Source: Thermoplasmata archaeon (GTDB taxonomy: Archaea > Thermoplasmatota > Thermoplasmata > GCA-020350865). From it: a stretch of 64,000 bases of DNA. Positions within the stretch are counted from its first letter, which is position 1. Each line of letters begins with the position of its first letter. Positions 12,001 to 20,600 of the stretch are shown here, piece by piece. The notes below the pieces were generated by a model, which saw nothing but the letters and a program-made list of their open reading frames with translations, was not told the origin of the DNA and made no database searches. A program made the translations under genes and the position numbers. The stretch spans positions 4,717,060 through 4,781,059 of the forward strand of contig CP070751.1 of the NCBI GenBank assembly GCA_020348445.1. The letters are read 5' to 3'.

Positions 12001-14278
12001 CAATACAGGAACAGGAAATGCCTCGGGGGTTTTAATAAACGATACGATCCCATTACACACAACATATGTGAGTTCAAGTATCAACTACAGCTCAAAGATT
12101 GGGAACAAGTATGTATTCTTCATAGGCCATGTTCCTGCAAACTCCACCTTCACAATAACCATCACCGTTATGGTTGATGTAGGAACCGCAGATAAAACCC
12201 CACTGCACAATGAGGTCACCCTCGATTATGCCGACGTCAACGGCAACTACTACCCACAGGAGAACGCTTATGCAGATGCTGTGGTTACTGCACCTGTTAT
12301 GTCATTATCCAAGGATGCTGATATAGCAAAAGGCACTCCTGGCGATCCAATCACCTATACCATCAAATATGAGAATAATGGAACAGGTGATGCAAGAAGC
12401 GTTGTAATTGTTGATACCCTGCCTTTGGACGTTAAGTTCATTTCGGCCTCCCCTGCACCTGATAACATATCAGGTAACATCCTGATTTGGATTATAGGGG
12501 ACGTCCTTTCCGGCGATTCTGAAAATATCACCGTAAATGTAGAGATCATACCGGGCACCTGGGATGAAACTGTTCTCACAAATATCGTGACTCTTGATTA
12601 CTCTGATGCCAATGATAATTTCATCAAGCAGCTTGAAGATTCCGTTGATGTTATCGTTACCGCGCCTGTCATGACCTTATCCAAGGAAGCAGGCGAAGTC
12701 AGTGAAAGCGCTTATGTAATAACCGATATCAGACTCAGGGTGGCAGGCGAGAAGTGGCATGATGTGGTACTTACTCTCTACTGCAATAATGTCTCAGTGG
12801 CTGTAGCACGTGTCTACAGGGAACCTGGGGATCCAGACGATCAGTCCGTGACCCTCTATAATGTATCAATAAACCTGCTTTGCGACTGCTTTTCTGCTGT
12901 TGTGGTATATACACCATTTGATGATGTGATCAACGGTCAAATTAATGGTGCTGATCCTGCTTGGCTAATCCTCAATACCGAATATGGAAAAGAGATCAGA
13001 ATCCACCACACCTTCAACTATCAACATCCAGAGGGCTGGAACTGGACAATAGATGATTTCCGCCCATATCTAATCAACCTACCCTTGACTTTGAACTATA
13101 CCATAAGCTATGAGATCCACTATGCGAACATTGGAACAGGAGATGCAACAAACGTTTGGATATATGATGTGATCCCACCTGAGACATTCCTTATAAACAG
13201 CACCCCGGCTTTTGATTCCTATATAGGAAACACGTTGGGCTGGAATATTGGCTATGTTCCCTCGGGTGGAAGTGGATGCGTCTGCCTCAATATCAGCTTC
13301 GTCTTTCCGAATGTCATTGTGAAGAACTGGTATCCAATGGGTAAGTTACTACAAAACAATGCTACAATGGACTACCATGACACCAACGGGAACTTAGTTG
13401 AACAGTTGAGCGATTCTGCCGAAGTTATCGTGTACGTTCCGTCTGAACTCAAAAAGCCAAAGAACAAGCACTATTCACCGATTTATCAGGGAGATGGCGG
13501 TGAGATTCCATCCAATATGCTGTCTTATATTGGTTATGGAAGCACATCTATAGGGGATACATATCTAGTCATCTTCTCAGAAACGGGTCAAGGTGACAAC
13601 CTAGAATCCACAGTTGTAGATAGCACAAACGAAGACAATATCGTGCATATTTACCTAAGCCAATATCAGCTAGACACCCCACCACCTGCCGAAGAAGAAA
13701 CCACAATAATTATCGATACAACACATATGATTCAAATAGAGATTCCATCTGATCCTCAGATCCATGAAGTTGTGTTCATCGAAATCGATGAAATGCTAGA
13801 TATACAGGTGATCGAATTCGGTATTGGAGCCTTAGAACCTCCAGAAATAGTGATGATAGAGCCATCAATCACCATACTAGGACCAGTTGACACAGAGGAA
13901 ATATTTACCCTTGAAGGCCAATACGAGTTAACAGTAAAGGAGGTCTCACACAAAGAAAAGGATCTTACCATCACAGTGGATATACAAGAGATATCTGAGC
14001 CCCCAGAGGTTGAATATACTGTTTTAGAGGTGGAATCAAGGGAGGATGACGAGATTTGCTTGGTTGAAAATGAGGAGACAATTGAGATAGCAGCAACAGA
14101 AATCAAGACACCCTCCTCCCTCATTGTTGAGACGCAAAATACAGCGTCCACCGAGAGTGCAGAAAATCCACAAGGGGAAAAGACGGTCTCTTATCTGAGC
14201 ATGGCACCACTTTTATTTGCTGCCATTGCCCTTTTGGCGGGTGTTTTCTGCTGGTTCCAGAGAAGAAAAAGGAGATAA
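5..14278 (+). CDS. Giant DUF11-repeat (Ig-like) cell-surface protein, 5'-truncated by the window edge: head domain, about 33 DUF11 repeats, acidic spacer, C-terminal TM helix and basic tail
   Basis: Frame is open to the window edge, and the paralog at 14624 has about 20 more N-terminal residues. Repeats match K-x-A-D-x-x-x-A-D-P-G-D-x-I-T-Y-x-I-x-Y-x-N-x-G-x-G-x-A-x-x-V-x-I-x-D-T-I-P. Ends in MAPLLFAAIALLAGVFCWF-QRRKRR. Confidence 0.9.
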   Translation: MATILIFGMFVLAVTPPGEEPDTIEDWPSENEWINYTFRGERIRDWEDKPYENDPTHGIANVQPDAVDIASGVDASGGGAGNNPGNYTSVQYFYDDVNGDSDGFNNIDDDWLFLRMRVAGDPRHSGKYYYKAYHWDILLEIDGDIYSEFVVDINGGGGYFQFGTVGVYYNDTEDYEYDPDNDWVWLQEARKAKNNFTRVQEIGYGTDTEDDDQWWIEYRIPVTAFTDYDDNQLLGADTDFLLFFSTSASMTNPLQKDWMGEYVFGEPANITVEKTVEEDIVAAGDILHYKIYYNNTGEFNANHVWINDTIPEYTTFVECSPPYDSVDGRTYTWHFTDVESGNHTVYLNVSVDSDVPDGTILRNVVVLNYTDDHDEEKPGSEDETENEVEGPFMDFAKDADLTFADPGDTINYTLTYENTGSGGAYNVVITDILPDHVEFDYSVPAPTSVDGNTLTWEFGVVSGFSVNYIYVYVTVDAYTENGTYLVNFANMSYEDVNENPYPTLEDWANVTVVAPLMTISKTADVTVADPGDQIIYTIDYENTWSGDATNVVIEDTIDPDTTYVNASLAPSNIAGDVITWNIGTISGGGSGSITLIVKVDVNVEDGTTLTNIVTLNYDDANGNPQDEETDSVNVSVTAPDMTISKSADVSYADPGDEITYNITYENTGSGVAAQVWIVDTIPSYTTYVSSSPAYTSVSGDSYTWHFTNVSQGTYYITLKVKVDVGTVPGTILINNVTLDYTDANGNQPYDTEDDSATVTVTAPDITLSKEADVTTADPGDIITYNITYSNNGNGLAAHVWINDTIPTDTTFVSSSVNYTAKSGDTYTWHFTDIGPGAYYIILKVRVDVGTEPGTTLTNYVTLEYTDANGNQPYDTEQDSATVTATAPAMTISKNADVTTADPGDLIIYNITYSNNGNGVAAHVWINDTIPADTTFVSSSVNYTASSGDTYTWHFTDVNPGTYYIILKVRVDVGTEPGKTLTNDVTLDYTDANGNQPYDTEHDSAAVTATAPDMIISKNADVTTADPGDIITYTITYSNNGNGVAAHVWVNDTIPGDTTFVSSSPNYTASSGDTYTWHFTDVDPGIFYIILKVRVDVGTEPGTILTNNVTLEYTDANGNQPYDTEQDSATVTATAPDMTISKNADVSTADPGDIITYNITYSSNGNGVAAHVWVNDTIPGDTTFVSSSPNFTASSGDTYTWHFTDVDPGTYYIILKVRVDIGTAPSTILHNEVTLDYTDANGNQPYDTETDSVNVTVTAPEITVGKDADVSFADPGDIITYNITYSNNGNGVAAHVWVNDTIPDHTTFVSSSPNYTALSGSKYTWHFTDVDPGTYYIILKMRVDVGTAPSTILHNEVTLDYMDANGNQPYDTQTDSVNVTVTAPDMTINKDADVTVADPGDIITYNITYSNNGNGVAAHVWVNDTIPGDTTFVSSSPNYTASSGDTYIWHFTNVNPGTYYIILKVSVDVGTAPSTILHNEVTLDYMDANGNQPYDTQTDSVNVTVTAPDMTISKNADVTTADPGDVITYNITYSNNGNGIAAHVWVNDTIPGDTTFVSSSPNYTAKSGDTFTWHFTDVGPGTYYIIIKVKVDVGTEPRTTLLNNVTLDYTDANGNQPYDTESDFATVTATAPDMTISKNADVTTADPGDFIIYNITYSNNGNGVAAHVWVKDTIPADTTFVSSSPNYTSKSGDTFTWHFTNVDPGTYYIILKVRVDVGTDPRTTLLNNVTLDYTDANGNQPYDTERDSAIVTATAPDMTISKNADVSTADPGDFIIYNITYSNNGNGVAAHVWVKDTIPADTTYISSSPNYTAKSGDTFTWHFTNVDPGTYYITLKVKVDVGTDPRTTLLNNVTLDYTDANSNQPYDTERDSATVTATAPDITINKNADVSIADPSDIITYNITYSNNGNGVAAHVWINDTIPADTTFVSSSPNYTASSGDTFTWHFTDVDPGTCWIILKVRVDVDTPDGTTLVNEVTLDFTDDNGNQPYPTQNDTAIVYVTAPTMIIIKTANTNKADPGDTVVYTIYYENTGTGDATNVVIEDTLPENVTFEDADPYPNSTTSGKLIWNIGTVPGDTDGTITVWVTVNIGSPDGELLRNFVVLEYDDDNENPQPDENDSADVTVTAPVMSFSKCVCHRYADPGDYIQYRIQYRNSGSGNATNVVIIDTLSENMTLISSNPAYDNVSGNVYKWYIGLVGPYTHGSITILVQVNVGVEDGTVLPNKATLDYSDDNGNPYDRETRWANVTVTAPIMTIEKSADVIKADPSDYITYTIEYENTGTGEATGIVIVDTIPAYTTFINSTPAFDYQSGNSYYWNFSSVAGETNGIITIVVKVNAYTTDGTLLTNTVTLDYNDANGNPYDQENDTAEVTVTAPDMIIIKVSDVDDADPGDPIEYTLTYINRGSGIATDIVITDTIPEHTTYVDSDPTYDQVSGRIYKWINIINVGPYSSGNITITVRVNVGTADGILLRNKATLDYDDANGNPYPQENDTADVTVTAPDMIIEKSAYVITADPSDYITYTIVYTNLGTGEATDVIIVDKIPADTTFKNSTPMFDSQSGDFFTWNFSSILGLSNGTITIIVQVDAYTPDGRLLTNIATLDYNDANGNPYPQENDTAHVTVTAPVLRFGKLANVAKADPSDPIVYALTYSNIGTGVATDIVVADTIPGDTTFVSSNPSYSYVINDTYYWNVSTLAGGANGSIKITVTVNAGTGDGKLLHNSATFDYDDANGNPYPQKEASADVIVTAPVLNIIKTADVATADPDDLITYTIVFINSGTGNATDVWIVDTIPAYTTFLNASPYYDYNENDTYKWYFALVEGSTNITITILVKVDVGTPDETLLHNGVILEYSDDNGNPLDNETSSDDVIVTAPILSLNKTADVATADPDDTIIYTIKYENKGTGWASLVEIVDTIPADTTFVSASTGYNVSGDVYTWIIGNLAPNGSGIITITVKVDIATPDETTLHNEVTLDWADANGNYYTPLSAYADVRVTAPQMHLCKQASVEYADPDDTFVYTLYARNYGTGWATGVFVNDSLPSYLTLVNATPMYTYTIGNLLVWNVGTLAPNGGFIRIYITVRVNVSTPDKTKLHNVNTLDYADANGNYYPQKSKYADVIVTAPVLSLSKTASVAKANPGDIITYTIKYNNTGTGWASLVKIVDKIPAYTTFLNATPGYTISGNEYTWIIGNFSPNGTGVIVIVVKVDIPTPDGITLHNEVKLDWADANGNYYPQLCAYADVIVTAPILSITKTADKSTANPGDIITYTIIYENSGTGWATLVKIVDTIPSDTTFLNSTPIYSSFSDNKYTWIIGNLTPGGSGNITIIVRVNVPTPDQALLHNNATLDWADANGNYYPQLSDYANTFVTAPILTIRKTASKTTADPGDTITYTIKYNNTGSGWASLVKIVDTIPAETTFVSATGVYNMSGDNITWVIGNLAPNSSFIITITVTVDIPTPDETTLHNEVTLDWADANGNYYPQLSDYADVIVTAPILLFSKSTSDITADPGDTLVYTLEYENVGTGLATLVVIRDNIPIAHVTFVGASPNYTSVSGGIFTWNIGNITPGAKGTINVTVKVKAYTADKTILHNNATLSWADANGNYYPQLNDYANVRVTAPVMTLNKTADVAYADPGDTIIYTIKYTNSGTGWASLVKIVDKIPADTTFLNATPGYNISSVDEYTWTIGNVAPNSTATITIIVKVDVPTPDKTLLHNYATLDWADANGNPYPQLYDDADVYVTAPVLSITKTANVTTAYPNEPITYTIEYENTGSGWASLIKIVDTISNDTTLKSATPMYNSSSGNKYTWNIGNLKPGGKGTITIVVVVKEDTPDETHLSNYVTLDWADANGNYYPQLDDYANVTVTAPIMVLDKTADKETANPGDLIMFTITYMNLGTGWATGFYINDTIPLFTTFVDADPWYTSVLNRTYHWFIGSVAPGAVKYINLTVRVDPFTEDQYIIRNQIGNVSAEVPVTAPIMDINKTTDKTKANPGDEIVYTITYTNTGTGNASGVLINDTIPLHTTYVSSSINYSSKIGNKYVFFIGHVPANSTFTITITVMVDVGTADKTPLHNEVTLDYADVNGNYYPQENAYADAVVTAPVMSLSKDADIAKGTPGDPITYTIKYENNGTGDARSVVIVDTLPLDVKFISASPAPDNISGNILIWIIGDVLSGDSENITVNVEIIPGTWDETVLTNIVTLDYSDANDNFIKQLEDSVDVIVTAPVMTLSKEAGEVSESAYVITDIRLRVAGEKWHDVVLTLYCNNVSVAVARVYREPGDPDDQSVTLYNVSINLLCDCFSAVVVYTPFDDVINGQINGADPAWLILNTEYGKEIRIHHTFNYQHPEGWNWTIDDFRPYLINLPLTLNYTISYEIHYANIGTGDATNVWIYDVIPPETFLINSTPAFDSYIGNTLGWNIGYVPSGGSGCVCLNISFVFPNVIVKNWYPMGKLLQNNATMDYHDTNGNLVEQLSDSAEVIVYVPSELKKPKNKHYSPIYQGDGGEIPSNMLSYIGYGSTSIGDTYLVIFSETGQGDNLESTVVDSTNEDNIVHIYLSQYQLDTPPPAEEETTIIIDTTHMIQIEIPSDPQIHEVVFIEIDEMLDIQVIEFGIGALEPPEIVMIEPSITILGPVDTEEIFTLEGQYELTVKEVSHKEKDLTITVDIQEISEPPEVEYTVLEVESREDDEICLVENEETIEIAATEIKTPSSLIVETQNTASTESAENPQGEKTVSYLSMAPLLFAAIALLAGVFCWFQRRKRR
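2291..6010 (+). repeat. Intragenic tandem array of 372-bp (124-aa) DUF11 units, DTYTWHFTDV subtype, about 10 copies
   Basis: The equivalent Pro codon recurs at 2291, 2663, 3035 and 3407 (period 372). Long near-identical nucleotide stretches such as gatgcaaacggtaaccagccatacgatac. Confidence 0.9.
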
Positions 14279-14305
14279 ACTCCTTTCTTTTTTTCATTTT
14301 TTTTA
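14279..14305 (+). terminator. Archaeal oligo-T terminator
   Basis: actcctttctttttttcatttttttt directly after the stop codon. Confidence 0.7.
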
Positions 14306-14612
14306 TATAAATTAACTTGTTTTTAGGGTATATTAGCGATTTTTCATGGATTTTTATTAATAATAATATTTTCTGATTTACACGAAAATTTCTTGGTAAA
14401 AATGAGATACTTTAAGACGGTTAAAGCAAAAGTATATTAACATGTTTGTACATATTCTTAAGGACAGACCTTTAGAAAATAATGGAGAGGGGAGAGTAAA
14501 TTTGTATCTGAGAGGTAGTATAATATCATATAGTGCAGGTAATCTTAGCATATTTGGCTCTTCTTTTTACCTAGGTCTATCTTCTTTTAAAAGATCATCT
14601 AAAGAATTAAAT

Positions 14613-14619
14613 GAGGTGA
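14613..14619 (+). promoter_or_regulatory. Shine-Dalgarno GAGGTGA
   Basis: gaggtga 4 nt upstream of the ATG at 14624. Confidence 0.75.
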
Positions 14620-14623
14620 AAAA

Positions 14624-17600
14624 ATGAGGGGAAAAGGCAAAGGTGTTTTAGCAGTTAAGAAAGCAAATTCCATAGTGGTTATGACACTGCTGGTCATTGG
14701 AACACTTGTTCTGGCGGTAACTCCTCCGGGAGAGGAACCAGACCACATCGAAGACTGGCCCGATGAAAGCGAATGGATAAATTACACATTCAGGGGAGAG
14801 AGAATCAGAGACTGGGAGGACAAACCCTATGAAAACGATCCCACCCATGGGATTGCCAATGTCCAGCCAGATGCCGTGGATATTGCCTCTGGTGTGGATG
14901 CAAGTGGTGGTGGGGCGGAGAACAATCCCGGTAACTTTACTTCTGTCCAGTACGTTTATAAGGATGTTAACGGGGACAGCGTAGGTTGTGAAAATATAGA
15001 GGATGACTGGCTGTTTCTGAGAATGAGGGTTGCAGGGGATCCTAGAGCAACAGGTGGAAAGTACATGTACAAGGCATATCACTGGGACATACTCATTGAA
15101 GTCGATGGTGACCTATGGAGTGAATTTGTTGTGGATTTGAATGGTGGGGACGGATATTTCAAATGGGGTACCGTGGGAGTATACTACAACAATACAGAGG
15201 ACTACGAGTACGATCCAGACAATGATTGGGTTTGGTTGCAGGAGGCCAGTAAGGCAAAAAATAAATTCACAAGACCTGTTTTAATAGATTACGGAACCGA
15301 CACAGAAGATGATGATCAGTGGTGGATCGAATACAGGATTCCTGTAACTGCCTTCACTGATTATGACGACAACCAACTTTTGTGCTCGAATACGGGTTTT
15401 CTTTTGTTCTTCAGCACATCGGCATCACTGACCAATCCTCTTCAGAAGGATTGGATGGGCGAGTACATTTTTGGACAGCCAGCCAATATAACAGTTGAAA
15501 AGACTGTTGAGGAAGGAACTGTGGCACCAGGGGATACACTGCATTATAAAATCTATTACAACAACACCGGAGATTTCAATGCAAATCACGTGTGGGTAAA
15601 TGATACAATTCCTGAATACACCACCTTTTTAGATTGCTCCCCAGCCTACGATTCAGTGGATGATCGCACATACAGATGGTATTTTACAGATGTGGAACCT
15701 GGCAATTATACAATATATCTAAATGTGACAGTTGACGCCGGTGTTCCAGATGGAACTATACTGAGAAACGTAGTTGCACTGAACTACACAGACCATCAGG
15801 ATAACGAACTACCAGGTTCTGAGGATGAGACAGAAAATCCAGTGGAAGGGCCTGATATGACCTTTACGAAGGAGGCGGATTCTTCAACTGCCAATCCTGG
15901 GGATACTTTAACATATACCCTTACATATGAAAATACAGGCAGTGGTGGGGCGTATAATGTTGTGATAACTGACACGCTACCTGATTACGTAGAACTTGAT
16001 TATAGTGATCCAGCACCAACTTCAGAGGTCGGCAATATCCTAACTTGGGAATTTGATGTTGTACCGGGAAACAGTGTAAATTACATCTACATTTATGTTA
16101 TCGTGGATCCTTACACAGAGGACGGCACATATCTTGTCAATTACGCAACGTTGGAATATGAGGATGTTAACGAGAATCTATATCCATCATTGGAGGACTG
16201 GGCAAATGTCACAGTCACGGCTCCCATGATGACAATTTCCAAGACTGCTGATGTCGCAGAGGCCGATCCTGGAGATTATATAACCTACACTATTGAATAT
16301 GAGAACACAGGTTCCGGTGACGCAACTGATGTTGTGATTGTGGATACAATAGATCCTGATACAACTTTTGTAAATGCAACCCCGGCTCAATCCATCAAAG
16401 TTGGAGATGTAATTACCTGGAACATCGGGACCGTTTCCGGCGGTGGCTCGGGAACCATAATCCTGATAGTGAAGGTGGACGCATATGTCGAAGACGGAAT
16501 TATCCTGAGAAATACAGTGACCCTGAATTACAATGATGCCAACGGAAATCCACAGGACGAAGAATCAGATTACGTGGATGTCACAGTCACTGCGCCTGAT
16601 ATGACAATATCCAAGACTGCTGATAAAACAGAAGCAAATCCCGGAGATCAGATAACCTATACCATTGAATACGAGAATACAGGAACCGGTGACGCAACTG
16701 ATGTCGTGATTGTGGATACAATAGATCCCGACACGACCTTTGTCAGTGCAAGTCCATCTCCATCCAGTGTAGTTGGAGATGTTATTACCTGGAACTTTGG
16801 GACAGTTTCCGGTGGTGGCTCGGGAACCATAACCCTGATTGTGGAGGTAGACCCATATGTTGAAGATGGAACAGTTCTGACAAACACAGTGACCCTGAAC
16901 TATGATGACGCCAATGACAATCCACAGGACGAAGAAACAGACAGCGTAGATGTCACAGTAACTGCGCCTGGTATGACAATTACCAAGACTGCCGATGTCT
17001 CAGAGGCCGATCCTGGAGATTATATAACCTACACAATCTCCTACGAGAACACAGGTTCTGGGGATGCAACAGATGTTGTGATTGTGGACACAATAGATCC
17101 AGATACGACTTTTGTAAATGCAACACCGGCTCCATCCAGCGAAGTTGGAGATGTTTTAACCTGGAATATAGGCACTGTTTCCGGAGGGGGCTCTGGAATT
17201 ATTATACTCATTGTGAAGGTGGATGCCTATGTTGAAGATGGGACTATATTGAGAAATACAGTAACCCTGAACTATGATGACGCCAACGGCAATCCACAGG
17301 ACGAGGAATCAGATTACGTGGATGTCACTGTAACTGCACCTGATATGACTATCTCCAAGACCGCTGATGTCTCAGAAGCCGATCCCGGAGATCAGATAAC
17401 CTACACCATTGAATATGAGAATACAGGAACCGGTGACGCAACTGATGTCGTGATTGTTGATACCATCCATCCAGATACAACCTATGTCAGTGCAACTCCG
17501 GCTCCATCCAGTATAGTTGGAGATGTTATTACATGGAACCTCGGAACCGTTTCTGGAGGAGGCTCAGGAAGCATAACCTTGATTGTGGAGGTTGATGCAT

Positions 17601-20600
17601 ATGTTGAAGACGGAACTGTTCTGACAAATTTTGTTACACTTAACTATGACGATGCCAACGGCAATCCACAGGACGAAGAAACAGACAGTGTGGATGTAAC
17701 AGTCACTGCGCCTGTTATGACAATCTCCAAGACTGCAGATGTCTCTGAAGCCGATCCTGGCGATTATATAACCTACACCATCGAATACGAGAATACAGGT
17801 TCCGGTGATGCAACAGATGTGGTAATTGTTGATACCATAGATCCCGATACGACTTTTGTAAATGCAACTCCGGCTCCATCCAGCAAAGTTGGAGACGTAA
17901 TTACCTGGAATATCGGCACTGTTTCCGGTGGAGACTCTGGAATCATTATTCTCATTGTGAAGGTGGATGCATATGTTGAAGATGGAACTATTTTAACAAA
18001 CACTGTGACCCTTAACTACGATGATGCCAACGGTAATCCACAGGACGAGGAGACAGATTGTGTAAAAGTCACTGTTACTGCACCCGATATGACAATTTCC
18101 AAGACAGCTGATGTCTCAGAAGCCGATCCTGGCGATTATATAACCTATACCATCGAATACGAGAACACGGGTTCCGGTGACGCAACTGATGTGGTAATTG
18201 TTGATACCATAGATCCTGATACGACTTATGTAAATGCAACTCCGACTCCATCGAGTATAGTTGGAGATGTAATCACATGGAATATTGGGACTATCGCAGG
18301 AAGGGACGCAGGGAGCTTCTCCCTGATTGTGAAGGTGGATGCATATGTTGAAGATGGAACCATCCTGAGAAATACCGTGACCCTGAATTACGATGATGCT
18401 AACGGAAATCCACAGGACGAAGAGTCAGATTACGTGGATGTAACTGTCACTGCACCTGATATGACAATCTCCAAGACTGCAAATGTCTCAGAGGCCGATC
18501 CTGGCGATTATATAACCTACACCATCGAATACGAGAACACGGGTTCCGGTGACGCAACAGATGTCGTGATTGTTGATACCATAGATCCAGACACGACTTA
18601 TGTGAATGCAACTCCAGCTCCATCGAGCATAGTTGGGGATGTTATAACCTGGAATATCGGTTTGGTGGCCAAAGAAACCGGCGGGAGCATAGAATTGATA
18701 GTAAAAGTGGATATTGGTACACCCGACGGTACATTACTATGCAATTATGTTACTCTCAACTATGATGATGCTAATGGAAATCCACAACCTGAAGAAAGCG
18801 ATTGTGCAGATGTAACTGTTACAGCCCCGAAAATGACCTTCAAAAAATCTGCAGATGTCACACATGCAGATCCTGGGGATCCAATTGTATACACCCTGAC
18901 CTATGAAAACAAGGGAAGCGGAGATGCAACACTTGTTGTTGTTACGGACACCATACCTTCTGATGTGACCTATGTGAGCTCAAATCCAGTCTATGACAGT
19001 GTTAGTGGAAACACCTATACATGGAACATAGGAACTGTTGCAGGATATTCCAGCGGCACCATCACATTAACAGTCAAGGTAAATGTTGGTGTCGCCGATG
19101 GCACAGTGCTTCACAACGAGGCCACATTGGATTATGCAGATGCAAATGGTAACTACTATCCACAGCTTCAAGATGATGCAGACGTTACTGTCACTGCCCC
19201 TGACATGACCATTACCAAAACAGCCAATGTAAGCGAGGTGGATCCAGGGGACACTATTGTATATACCCTATTTTATGAAAACCATGGAAGCGGTGTTGCC
19301 ACAGATGTTGTTGTGACAGATACAATACCTTTGCACACGACTTTTGTAATCTCAGATCCAGTTCATGACAGCGTTAGCGGAAGGACATATACATGGAATA
19401 TCGGAACTGTTGCTGGATATGGCAGCGGGACAATAACAATAAATGTCACAGTGGATGCTGGAACACCTGATCAAACAGTATTACGCAACGACGCTACATT
19501 GGATTACGACGATGCCAATGGTAATCCCTATCCCCAGGAAACAGATTATGCCTGTGTTACAGTTACGGCCCCGGAAATGAGCATCACAAAAACAGCAAAT
19601 GTCGAAACTGCAGACCCTGGTGATCAAATAACATATACAATCGTTTTTGAAAACAGTGGAACTGGAAATGCAACCAATGTCTGGATAAATGATACGATCC
19701 CTGCCGATACAACTTATGGTTCTTCATCGCCAACTTATGATTACAACAATGGCGATACCTACATGTGGTATTATGCTCTCATTGGACCGGGTGCCTCGGT
19801 AACCATTTCCATTGTAGTTAAGGTGGATGTGGGTACTCCTGACAAAACACTTTTGCATAACTCTGTGACCCTGGATTATGCCGACGACAATGGTAATCCA
19901 TTACCACAGGAATCGGATTTTGCTAATGTCAATGTTACAGCACCTGTAATGACCATTATAAAGTCAGCTGATGTTTCTTATGCAGACCCAGGTGATACGA
20001 TTGAATACACAATAGAATATGAAAATACAGGATCCGGGTGGGCCTCACTTGTTGAGATCGTCGATACGATACCTGCTGATACGACCTTTTTAAACTCAAC
20101 GCCCTCACCTACCAGCTCCGCCGGAGATGTATATACCTGGACAATAGGTGATGTAGCACCAGGTGCAAGCGGGACCATAACAATTATAGTGACAGTGGAT
20201 GTGGGAACTGCTGACGAAACACTGCTTCACAATGTTGCCACTCTTGATTATGCAGATGCAAACGGCAATTACTATCCGCAGGAAAGTGATTATGCAGATG
20301 TCATCGTTACAGCGCCTGATCTTTCGATTATGAAGACCGCGAACATGTCATTAGCAAATCCCGGGGATACGATTGAGTACACAATCGAATATGAGAATTC
20401 AGGAACAGGATGGGCTTCACTTGTCGAGATTGTTGATACAATTCCTGCCGATACTACCTTTGTAGGCTCAACACCCTCACCGGATAGTTCTACTGGAGAT
20501 GTATATACCTGGACAATAGGAGACTTAGCACCAGGTGCAAGCGGGACTATAACCATAACCGTTACTGTGGATGTTGGGACACCTGATCGGACCCTTTTAC

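Noticed and set aside
2291-18830. Possible diversity-generating retroelement or gene-conversion cassette among near-identical repeats
   Set aside because: No reverse transcriptase in the window. Differences between copies are mostly synonymous and not adenine-specific, and all copies are in frame within one ORF.
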